From: Eledone cirrhosa
Taxonomy: Eukaryota
Length of the DNA: 64,000 nucleotides
Assembly: GCA_964016885.1 (NCBI GenBank)
Contig: OZ024744.1
Coordinates: forward strand, 131,502,001 to 131,566,000
Direction of reading: 5' to 3'
Shown here: positions 38,784 to 49,869 of the stretch, one piece after another
Layout of the letters: each line of letters begins with the position of its first letter
Numbering within the stretch: the first letter of the stretch is position 1
Notes under the pieces: generated by a model
Database searches by the model: none
What the model was told of the DNA's origin: nothing
What the model saw: only the letters and a program-made list of their open reading frames with translations
Made by a program: the position numbers and the translations under genes

Positions 38784-39128
38784 AACCCCAACTTCACTCA
38801 ACCCCACCTTAACTCAACCCCAACTTAACTTAACCCCAACTTCACTCAACCCCAACTTAACTTAACCCCAACTTCACTCAACCCCAACTTAACTTAACCC
38901 CGACTTAACTTAACTTCGACTTAACTTAACCCCAACTTAACTTAACCCCAACTTAAATTAACCCCAACTTAACTTAACCACAAATTAACTTAACCCCAAC
39001 TTAAATTAACCCCAACTTAACTTAACCCCAACTTAACTCACACCCAACTTAACTTACCCCCAACTTAACTTAACCCCAACTTGAATTAACCCAAACTTAA
39101 CTTAACCCCAACTTAACTTAACCCCAAA
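38784..39128 (-). repeat. Inverted satellite block 12 (345 bp; counterpart of block 7)
   Basis: Offset 18,492 from block 7; same length. Confidence 0.96.
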
Positions 39129-41478
39129 TTCGGGGTTAAGTTAAGTTGGGGTTAAGTTAAGTTAGGCTTCACTTAAGTTGGGGTTATGTTAAGTTGGGGG
39201 TAAGTTAATTTCTGGGTAAGTTAAGTTGGGGTTAAGTTGGGATTAAGTTGAGTTAGGGTTAAGTTAAGTTGGGGTTGAGTTAAGTTGGGGTTAAGTTAAG
39301 TTGGGGTTAAGTCAAGTTGGGGTTAAGTTAAGTTGGGGTTAATTTAGTTGGGGTTAAGTTAAGTTGGGGCTAAGTTAAGTTGGGGCTAAGTTAAGTTGGG
39401 GCTAAGTTAAGTTGGGGTTAAGTTAAGTTGGGGTTAATTTAAATTGGGGTTAAGTTAACTTTGTGGTTAAGTTAAGTTGGGGTTAAGTTAAGTTGGGGTT
39501 AAGTTAAGTTGGGGTTGAGTTAAGTTGGGGTTGAGTGAAGTTGGGGTTAAGTTAAGTTGGGGTTAAGTTACGTTGGCGTTAAGTTAAGTTGGGGTTGAGT
39601 TAAGTTGGGGTTGAGTTAATTTAGGGTTAAGTTAAGTTGGGGTTAAGTTAAGTTGGGTTTAAGTTAAGTTGGGGTTAAATTAAGTTGGGGTTAAATTAAG
39701 TTGGGGTTAAGTTAAGTTGGGGGTAAGTTAAGTTGGGGTTAAGTTAAGTTGGGGTTAAGTTAAGTTGGGGTTAAGTTAAGTTGGGGTCAAGTTAAGTTGG
39801 GGTTTAAATTAAGTTGGGGTTAAGTCAAGTTGGGGTTAAGTTAAGTTGGGGTTAACTTAGTTGGGGTTAAGTTAAGTTGGGGCTAAGTTAAGTTGGGGCT
39901 AAGTTAAGTTGGGGCTAAGTTAAGTTGGGGTTAAGTTAAGTTTAGGTTAAGTTAAGGTGGGGTTAATTTAAGTTGGGTTAACTTAAATTGGGGTTAAGTT
40001 AAGTTGGGGTTAAGTTAAGTTGGGGTTAAGTTAAGTTGGGGTTAAGTTAAGTTGGTGTTAAGTTAAGTTGGGGCTAAGTTAAGTTGGGGCTGAGTTAAGT
40101 TGGGGCTGAGTTAAGTTGGGGTTAAGTTAAGTTGGGGTTGAGTTAAGTTGGGGTTAAGTTAAGTTGGCGTTAAGTTAAGTTGGGGTTAAGTTAAGTTGGG
40201 GTTAAGTTAAGTTGGTGTTGAGTTAAGTTGGGGTTAAGTTAAGTTGGGGTTCAGTTAAGTTGGGGTTAAGTTAAGTTGGGGTTAAGATGGGGTTAAATTA
40301 AGTTGGGGTTAAGTTAAGTTGGGGTTAAGTTTAGTTGGGGTTAAGTTAAGTTGGGGTTAAGTTAAGTCGGGGTTAAGTTCAGTCGGGGTTAAGTTAAGTT
40401 AGGGTTAAGTTAAGTTGGAGTTAAGTTAAGTTGGGGTTGAGTTAAGTTGGGGTTGAGTTAAATTGGGGTTAAGTTAAGTTGGGGCTAAGTTAAATTGGGG
40501 TTAAGTTAAGTTGGGGTTAAGTTAAGTTGCAGTTAAGTTAAGTTGAGGTTAAGTTAAGTTGGGGTTAAGTTAAGTTGGGGTTAAGTTAAGTTGGGGCTAA
40601 GTTAAGTTGGGGTTGAGTTAAGTTGGGGTTAAGTTAAGTTGGGGTTATGTTAAGTTGGGGTTAAGTTAAGTTGCGGTTAAGTTAAGTTGGGGTTAAGTTG
40701 GGGTTAAGTTAAGTGGTGGTTATGTTAAGTTGGGGTTAAGTTAAGTTGGGGTTAATTTAAATTGGGGTTAAGTTAACTTTGTGGTTAAGTTAAGTTGGGG
40801 CTAAATTAAGTTGGGGCCAAGTTAAGTTGGGGCTAAGTTAAGTTGGGGTTCAGTTAAGTTGGGGTTAAGTTAAGTTTGGGTTAAGTTGGGGTTAAATTAA
40901 GTTGGGGTTAAGTTAAGTTGGGGTTTAGTTAAGTTGGGGTTAAGTTAAGTTGGGGTTAATTTAAGTTGGGGTTAAGTTAAGTGGTGGTTATGTTAAGTTG
41001 GGGTTAAGTTAAGTTGGGGTTAATTTAATTTGGGGTTAAGTTAACTTTGTGGTTAAGTTAAGTTGGGGTTAAGTTAAGTTGGGGTTAAGTTAAGTTGGGG
41101 TTCAGTTAAGTTGCGGTTAAGTTAAGTTGCGGTTAAGTTAAGTTGGGGTTAAGTTAAGTTGGGGTTAAGTTAAGTTGGGGTCAAGTTAAGCTGGGGTTAA
41201 GTTAAGTTGGGGTTAAGTTAAGTTGGTTAGTTAAGTTGAGTTTAAGTTAAGTTGGGGTTAATTTAAGTTGGGTTTAAGTTAAGTTGGGGTTAAGTTAAGT
41301 TGGGGTTAAGTTAAGTTGGGGTTAAGTTAATTTGGGGTTCAGTTAAGTTGGGGTTAAGTCAAGTTGGGGTTAAGTTGGGGTTAAATTAATTTGGGGTTAA
41401 GTTAAGTTGGGGTTAAGTTAAGTTGGGGTTAAGTTAAGTTGGGGTTAAGTTAATTTGTGGTTAAGTTAAGTTGGGGTT

Positions 41479-41903
41479 AAGCCCAAATTCACTCAACCCC
41501 ACCTTAACTCAACCCCAACTTAACTTAACCCCAACTTCACTCAACCCCAACTTAACTTAACGCCAACTTCACTCAACCCCAACTTAACTCAACCCCAACT
41601 TAACTTAACCCCAACTTAACTTAACCCTAACTTAACTTAACCCCGACTTAACTTAACTTCGACTTAACTTAACCCCAACTTAACTTAACCCCAACTTAAC
41701 TTAACCCCAACTTAACTTAACCACAAATTAACTTAACCCCAACTTAAATTAACCCCAACTTAAATTAACCCCAACTTAACTTAACCCCAACTTAACTTAA
41801 CCCCAACTTAACTCACACCCAACTTAACTTACCCCCAACTTAACTTAACCCCAACTTGACTTAACCCAAACTTAACTTAATCCCAACTTAACTTAACCCC
41901 AAA
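41479..41903 (-). repeat. Inverted satellite block 13 (425 bp)
   Basis: Left junction mutated to GGGGTT|AAGCCCAAATTC; right junction canonical; AACGCCAAC variant. Confidence 0.96.
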
Positions 41904-44725
41904 TTCGGGGTTAAGTTAAGTTGGGGTTAAGTTAAGTTAGGCTTAACTTAAGTTGGGGTTAAGTTAAGTTGGGGGTAAGTTAAGTTCTGGGTAAGTTAAG
42001 TTGGGGTTAAGTTAAGTTGGGGTTAAGTTGGGGTTAATTTAAGTTAGGGTTAAGTTAAGTTGGGGTTGAGTTAAGTTGGGGTTAAGTTAAGTTGGGGTTA
42101 AGTTAAGTTGGGGTCAAGTTAAGTTGGGGTTAAAATTAAGTTGGGGTTAAGTCAAGTTGGGGTTAAGTTAAGTTGGGGTTAATTTAGTTGGGGTTAAGTT
42201 AAGTTGGGGCTAAGTTAAGTTGGGGCTAAGTTAAGTTGGGGCTAAGTTAAGTTGGGGTTAAGTTAAGTTGGGGTTAAGTTAAGTTGGGGCTAAGTTAAGT
42301 TGGGGCTGAGTTAAGTTGGGGCTGAGTTAAGTTGGGGTTAAGTTAAGTTGGGGTTGACTTAAGTTGGGGTTAAGTTAAGTTGGGGTTGAGTTAAGTTGGG
42401 GTTAAGTTAAGTTGGGGTTCAGTTAAGTTGGGGTTAAGTTAAGTTGGGGTTAAGATGGGGTTAAATTAAGTTGGGGTTAAGTTAAGTTGGGGTTAAGTTT
42501 AGTTGGGGTTAAGTTAAGTTGGGGTTAAGTTAAGTCGGGGTTAAGTTAAGTCGGGGTTAAGTTAAGTTAGGGTTAAGTTAAGTTGGAGTTAAGTTAAGTT
42601 GGGGTTGAGTTAAGTTGGGGTTGAGTTAAATTGGGGTTAAGTTAAGTTGGGGCTAAGTTAAGTTGGGGTTAAGTTAAGTTGGGGTTAAGTTAAGTTGCAG
42701 TTAAGTTAAGTTGAGGTTAAGTTAAGTTGGGGTTAAGTTAACTTGGGGTTAAGTTAAGTTGGGGCTAAGTTAAGTTGGGGCTAAGTTAAGTTGGGGCTAA
42801 GTTAAGTTGGGGTTCAGTTAAGTTAGGGTTTAAGTTAAGTTTGGGTTAAGTTGGGGTTAAATTAAGTTGGGGTTAATTTAAGTTGGGGTTTAGTTAAGTT
42901 GGAGTTAAGTTAAGTTGGGGTTAATTTAAGTTGGGGTTAAGTTAAGTTGGTGTTAAGTTAAGTGGTGGTTATGTTAAGTTGGGGTTAAGTTAAGTTGGGG
43001 TTAATTTAATTTGGGGTTAAGTTAACTTTGTGGTTAAGTTAAGTTGGGGTTAAGTTAAGTTGGGGTTGAGTTAAGTTGGGGTTGAGTGAAGTTGGGGTTA
43101 AGTTAAGTTGGGGTTAATTTAAGTTGGGGTTAAGTTAAGTCGGGGTTAAGTTAAGTTGGGGTTGAGTTAGGTTGGGGATAATTTAAGTTGGGGCTAAGTT
43201 AATTTGTGGTTAAGTTAAGTTGGGGTTAAGTTAAGTTGGGGTTAAGTTAAGTTGGGGTTGGGTTAAGGTGGGGTTGAGTTAATTTAGGGTTAAGTTAAGT
43301 TGGGGTTAAGTTAAGTTGGGTTTAAGTTAAGTTGGGTTTAAATTAAGTTGGGGTTAAGTTAAGTTGGGGGTAAGTTAAGTTGGGGGCAAGTTAAGTTGGG
43401 GTTCAGTTAAGTTGGGTTTAAATTAAGTTGGGGTTAAGTTTAGTTGGTGTTAAGTTAAGTTGGGGTTTATTTAAGTTGGGGTTAATTAAGTTGGGGTTAA
43501 GTTAAGTTGGGGTTAAGTTAAGTTGGGGTTTAGTTAAGTTGGGGTTCAGTTAAGTTGGGGTTAAGTTAAGTTTGGGTTAAGTTGGGGTTAAATTAATTTG
43601 GGGTTAAGTTAAGTTGGGGTTTAGTTTAGTTGGGGTTAAGTTAACTTGGGGTTAATTTAAGTTGCGGGTAATTTAAGTTGGGGTTAAGTTAAGTTGGGGT
43701 TAAGTTAAGTTGGGGTTAAGTTAAGTTGGGGTTAAGTTAAGTTGGGGGTAAGTTAAGTTGGGGGTAAGTTAAGTTGGGGTTAAGTTAAGTTGGGTTTAAG
43801 TTAAGTTAGGGTTAAGTTAAGTTGGGGTTAAGTTAAGTTGGGGTTAAGTTAAGTTGGGGTTGAGTTAAGTTGGGGTTAAGTTAAGTTGGGGTTATGTTAA
43901 GTTGGGGTTAAGTTAAGTTGCGGTTAAGTTAAGTTGGGGTTAAGTTGGGGTTAAGTTAAGTGGTGGTTATGTTAAGTTGGGGTTAAGTTAAGTTGGGGTT
44001 AATTTAAATTGGGGTTAAGTTAACTTTGTGGTTAAGTTAAGTTGGGGCTAAATTAAGTTGGGGCCAAGTTAAGTTGGGGCTAAGTTAAGTTGGGGTTCAG
44101 TTAAGTTGGGGTTAAGTTAAGTTTGGGTTAAGTTGGGGTTAAATTAAGTTGGGGTTAAGTTAAGTTGGGGTTTAGTTAAGTTGGGGTTAAGTTAAGTTGG
44201 GGTTAATTTAAGTTGGGGTTAAGTTAAGTGGTGGTTATGTTAAGTTGGGGTTAAGTTAAGTTGGGGTTAATTTAAATTGGGGTTAAGTTAACTTTGTGGT
44301 TAAGTTAAGTTGGGGTTAAGTTAATTTGGGGTTAAGTTAAGTTGGGGTTCAGTTAAGTTGCGGTTAAGTTAAGTTGCGGTTAAGTTAAGTTGGGGTTAAG
44401 TTAAGTTGGGGTTAAGTTAAGTTGGGGTCAAGTTAAGCTGGGGTTAAGTTAAGTTGGGGTTAAGTTAAGTTGGTTAGTTAAGTTGAGTTTAAGTTAAGTT
44501 GGGGTTAATTTAAGTTGGGTTTAAGTTAAGTTGGGGTTAAGTTAAGTTGGGGTTAAGTTAAGTTGGGGTTAAGTTAATTTGGGGTTCAGTTAAGTTGGGG
44601 TTAAGTCAAGTTGGGGTTAAGTTGGGGTTAAATTAATTTGGGGTTAAGTTAAGTTGGGGTTAAGTTAAGTTGGGGTTAAGTTAAGTTGGGGTTAAGTTAA
44701 TTTGTGGTTAAGTTAAGTTGGGGTT

Positions 44726-45038
44726 AACCCCAACTTCACTCAACCCCACCTTAACTCAACCCCAACTTAACTTAACCCCAACTTCACTCAACCCCAACTT
44801 AACTTAACGCCAACTTCACTCAACCCCAACTTAACTCAACCCCAACTTAACTTAACCCCAACTTAACTTAACCCTAACTTAACTTAACCCCGACTTAACT
44901 TAACCACAAATTAACTTAACCCCAACTTAAATTAACCCCAACTTAAATTAACCCCAACTTAACTTAACCCCAACTTAACTCACACCCAACTTAACTTACC
45001 CCCAACTTAACTTAACCCCAACTTAACTTAACCCCAAA
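44726..45038 (-). repeat. Inverted satellite block 14 (313 bp; counterpart of block 8, 64 bp shorter)
   Basis: AACGCCAAC variant; lacks the CTTCGAC monomer and three neighbours. Start offset 23,357 and end offset 23,293 from block 8. Confidence 0.96.
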
Positions 45039-48000
45039 TTCGGGGTTAAGTTAAGTTGGGGTTAAGTTAAGTTAGGCTTAACTTAAGTTGGGGTTAAGTT
45101 AAGTTGGGGGTAAGTTAAGTTCTGGGTAAGTTAAGTTGGGGTTAAGTTAAGTTGGGGTTAAGTTGGGGTTAATTTAAGTTAGGGTTAAGTTAAGTTGGGG
45201 TTGAGTTAAGTTGGGGTTAAGTTAAGTTGGGGTTAAGTTAAGTTGGGGTCAAGTTAAGTTGGGGTTAAAATTAAGTTGGGGTTAAGTCAAGTTGGGGTTA
45301 AGTTAAGTTGGGGTTAATTTAGTTGGGGTTAAGTTAAGTTGGGGCTAAGTTAAGTTGGGGCTAAGTTAAGTTGGGGCTAAGTTAAGTTGGGGTTAAGTTA
45401 AGTTGGGGTTAAGTTAAGTTGGGGTTAATTTAAATTGGGGTTAAGTTAACTTTGTGGTTAAGTTAAGTTGGGGTTAAGTTAAGTTGGGGCTAAGTTAAGT
45501 TGGGGTTAAGTTAAGTTGGGGTTAAGTTAAGTTGGGGTTGAGTTAAGTTGGGGTTGAGTGAAGTTGGGGTTAAGTTAAGTTGGGGTTAAGTTAAGTTGGC
45601 GTTAAGTTAAGTTGGGGTTGAGTTAAGTTGGGGTTGAGTTAATTTAGGGTTAAGTTAAGTTGGGGTTAAGTTAAGTTGGGTTTAAGTTAAGTTGGGGTTA
45701 AATTAAGTTGGGGTTAAATTAAGTTGGGGTTAAGTTAAGTTGGGGGTAAGTTAAGTTGGGGGTAAGTTAAGTTGGGGTTCAGTTAAGTTGGGGTTAAGTT
45801 AAGTTTGGGTTAAGTTGGGGTTAAATTAAGTTGGGGTTAAGTTAAGTTGGGGTTTAGTTAAGTTGGAGTTAAGTTAAGTTGGGGTTAATTTAAGTTGGGG
45901 TTAAGTTAAGTTGGTGTTAAGTTAAGTGGTGGTTATGTTAAGTTGGGGTTAAGTTAAGTTGGGGTTAATTTAAATTGGGGTTAAGTTAACTTTGTGGTTA
46001 AGTTAAGTTGGGGTTAAGTTAAGTTGGGGTTAAGTTAAGTTGGGGTTGAGTTAAGTTGGGGTTGAGTTAATTTAGGGTTAAGTTAAGTTGGGCTTAAGTT
46101 AAGTTGGGTTTAAGTTAAGTTGGGGTTAAATTAAGTTGGGGTTAAGTTAAGTTGGGGGTAAGTTAAGTTGGGGGCAAGTTAAGTTGGGGTTAAGTTAAGT
46201 TGGGGTTAAATTAAGTTGGGGTTAAGTTTAGTTGGTGTTAAGTTAAGTTGGGGTTTATTTAAGTTGGGGTTAATTAAGTTGGGGTTAAGTTAAGTTGGGG
46301 TTAAGTTAAGTTGGGGTTAATTTAAGTTGGGGTTGAGTTAAGTTGGGGTTAAGTTAAGTTGGGTTTATATTAAGTTGGGGTTAAGTTAAGTTGGGGTTAA
46401 GTTAAGTTGGGGTTCAGTTAAGTTGCGGTTAAGTTAAGTTGGCGTTAAGTTAAGTTGGGGTTAAGTTAAGTTGGGGTTAAGTTAAGTTGGGGTTAAGTTA
46501 AGTTGGTGTTAAGTTAAGTTGGGGCTGAGTTAAGTTGGGGTTAAGTTAAGTTGGGGTTGAGTTAAGTTGGGGTTAAGTTAAGTTGGGGTTAAGTTAAGTT
46601 GGGGTTAAGTTAAGTTGGGGTTAAGTTAAGTTGGGGTTTAGTTAAGTTGGGGTTCAGTTAAGTTGGGGTTAAGTTAAGTTTGGGTTAAGTTGGGGTTAAA
46701 TTAATTTGGGGTTAAGTTAAGTTGCGGTTTAGTTTAGTTGGGGTTAAGTTAAGTTGGGGTTAATTTAAGTTGGGGTTAAGTTAAGTTGCGGGTAATTTAA
46801 GTTGGGGTTAAGTTAAGTTGGGGTTAAGTTAAGATGGGGTTAAGTTAAGTTGGGGTTAAGTTAAGTTGGGGTTAAGTTAAATTGGGGGTAAGTTAAGTTG
46901 GGGGTAAGTTAAGTTGGGGGTAAGTTAAGTTGGGGTTAAGTTAAGTTGCGGTTAAGTTAAGTTGGGGTTAAGTTAAGTTGGGGTTAAGTTAAATTGGGGT
47001 TAAGTAAAGTTGGGGTTGAGTTAAGTTGGGGTTAAGTTAAGTTGGGGTTATGTTAAGTTGGGGTTAAGTTAAGTTGCGGTTAAGTTAAGTTGGGGTTAAG
47101 TTGGGGTTAAGTTAAGTGGTGGTTATGTTAAGTTGGGGTTAAGTTAAGTTGGGGTTAATTTAAATTGGGGTTAAGTTAACTTTGTGGTTAAGTTAAGTTG
47201 GGGCTAAATTAAGTTGGGGCTAAGTTAAGTTGGGTCTAAGTTAAGTTGGGGTTCAGTTAAGTTTGGGTTAAGTTAAGTTTGGGTTAAGTTGGGGCTAAAT
47301 TAAGTTGGGGTTAAGTTAAGTTGGGGTTTAGTTAAGTTGGGGTTAAGTTAAGTTGGGGTTAATTTAAGTTGGGGTTAAGTTAAGTTGGGGTTAAGTTAAG
47401 TGGTGGTTATGTTAAGTTGGGGTTAAGTTAAGTTGGGGTTAATTTAAATTGGGGTTAAGTTAACTTTGTGGTTAAGTTAAGTTGGGGTTAAGTTAAGTTG
47501 GGGTTAAGTTAAGTTGGGGTTCAGTTAAGTTGCGGTTAAGTTAAGTTGGGGTTAAGTTAAGTTGGGGTCAAGTTAAGCTGGGGTTAAGTTAAGTTGGGGT
47601 TAAGTTAAGTTGGTTAGTTAAGTTGAGTTTAAGTTAAGTTGGGGTTAATTTAAGTTGGGTTTAAGTTAAGTTGGGGTTAAGTTAAGTTGGGGTTAAGTTA
47701 AGTTGGGGTTCAGTTAAGTTGGGGTTAAGTTAAGTTGGGGTTAAGATGGGGTTAAATTAAGTTGGGGTTAAGTTAAGTTGGGGTTAAGTTAAGTTGGGGT
47801 TAAGTTAAGTCGGGGTTAAGTTAAGTCGGGGTTAAGTTAAGTTAGGGTTAAGTTAAGTTTGAGTTAAGTTAAGTTGGGGTTGAGTTAAGTTGGGGTTGAG
47901 TTAAATTGGGGTGGAGTTAAGTTGGGGTTGAGTTAAGTTGGTGTTGAGTTAAGTTGGGGTTAAGTTAAGTTGGGGTTAAGTTAAGTTGCAGTTAAGTTAA

Positions 48001-49869
48001 GTTGAGGTTAAGTTAAGTAGGGGTTAAGTTAAGTTGGGGTTAAGTTAAGTTGGGGCTAAGTTAAGTTGGGGCTAAGTTAAGTTGGGGCTAAGTTAAGTTG
48101 GGGTTCAGTTAAGTTGGGGTTAAGTTAAGTTTGGGTTAAGTTGGGGTTAAATTAAGTTGGCGTTAAGTTAAGTTGGGGTTTAGTTAAGTTGGGGTTAAGT
48201 TAAGTTGGGGTTAATTTAAGTTGGGGTTAAGTTAAGTTGGTGTTAAGTTAAGTGGTGGTTATGTTAAGTTGGGGTTAAGTTAAGTTGGGGTTAATTTAAA
48301 TTGGGGTTAAGTTAACTTTGTGGTTAAGTTAAGTTGGGGTTAAGTTAAGTTGGGGTTAAGTTAAGTTGGGGTTTAGTTAAGTTGGGGTTGAGTGAAGTTG
48401 GGGTTAAGTTAAGTTGGGGTTAATTTATGTTGGGGTTAAGTTAAGTCGGGGTTAAGTTAAGTTGGGGTTGAGTTAAGTTGGGGTTAATTTAAGTTGGGGC
48501 TAAGTTAATTTGTGGTTAAGTTAAGTTGGGGTTAAGTTAAGTTGGGGTTAAGTTAAGTTGGGGTTGAGTTAAGTTGGGGTTGAGTTAATTTAGGGTTAAG
48601 TTAAGTTGGGGTTAAGTTAAGTTGGGTTTAAGTTAAGTTGGGGTTAAATTAAGTTGGGGTTAAGTTAAGTTGGGGGTAAGTTAAGTTGGGGGCAAGTTAA
48701 GTTGGGGTTAAGTTAAGTTGGGGTTAAATTAAGTTGGGGTTAAGTTTACTTGGTGTTAAGTTAAGTTGGGGTTTATTTAAGTTGGGGTCAACTTAAATTG
48801 GGGTTAAGTTAAATTGGGGGTAAGTTAAGTTGGGGTTACGTTAAGTTGGGGTTAAGTTAAGTTGGGGTTAAGCTAAGTTGGGGTCAAGTTAAGTTGGGGT
48901 TTAAATTAAGTTGGGGTTAAGTCAAGTTGGGGTTAAGTTAAGTTGGGGTTAATTTAGTTGGGGTTAAGTTAAGTTGGGGCTAAGTTAAGTTGGGGCTAAG
49001 TTAAGTTGGGGCTAAGTTAAGTTGGGGTTAAGTTAAGTTGGGGTTAAGTTAAGGTGGGGTTAATTTAAGTTGGGTTAACTTAAATTGGGGTTAAGTTAAG
49101 TTGGGGTTAAGTTAAGTTGGGGTTAAGTTCAGTTGGGGTTAAGTTAAGTTGGTGTTAAGTTAAGTTGGGGCTAAGTTAAGTTGGGGCTGAGTTAAGTTGG
49201 GGCTGAGTTAAGTTGGGGTTAAGTTAAGTTGGGGTTGAGTTAAGTTGCGGTTAAGTTAAGTTGGCGTTAAGTTAAGTTGGGGTTAAGTTAAGTTGGGGTT
49301 AAGTTAAGTTGGGGTTGAGTTAAGTTGGGGTTAAGTTAAGTTGGGGTTCAGTTAAGTTGGGGTTAAGTTAAGTTGGGGTTAAGATGGGGTTAAATTAAGT
49401 TGGGGTTAAGTTAAGTTGGGGTTAAGTTTAGTTGGGGTTGAGTTAAGTTGGGGTTAAGTTAAGTCGGGGTTACGTTAAGTCGGGGTTAAGTTAAGTTAGG
49501 GTTAAGTTATTAAGTTGGAGTTAAGTTAAGTTGGGGTTGAGTTAAGTTGGGGTTGAGTTAAATTGGGGTTAAGTTAAGTTGGGGCTAAGTTAAGTTGGGG
49601 TTAAGTTAAGTTGGGGTTAAGTTAAGTTGCAGTTAAGTTAAGTTGAGGTTAAGTTAAGTTGGGGTTAAGTTAAGTTGGGGTTAAGTTAAGTTGGGGCTAA
49701 GTTAAGTTGGGGCTAAGTTAAGTTGGGGCTAAGTTAAGTTGGGGTTCAGTTAAGTTGGGTTTAAGTTAAGTTTGGGTTAAGTTGGGGTTAAATTAAGTTG
49801 GGGTTAAGTTAAGTTGGGGTTTAGTTAAGTTGGAGTTAAGTTAAGTTGGGGTTAATTTAAGTTGGGGTT

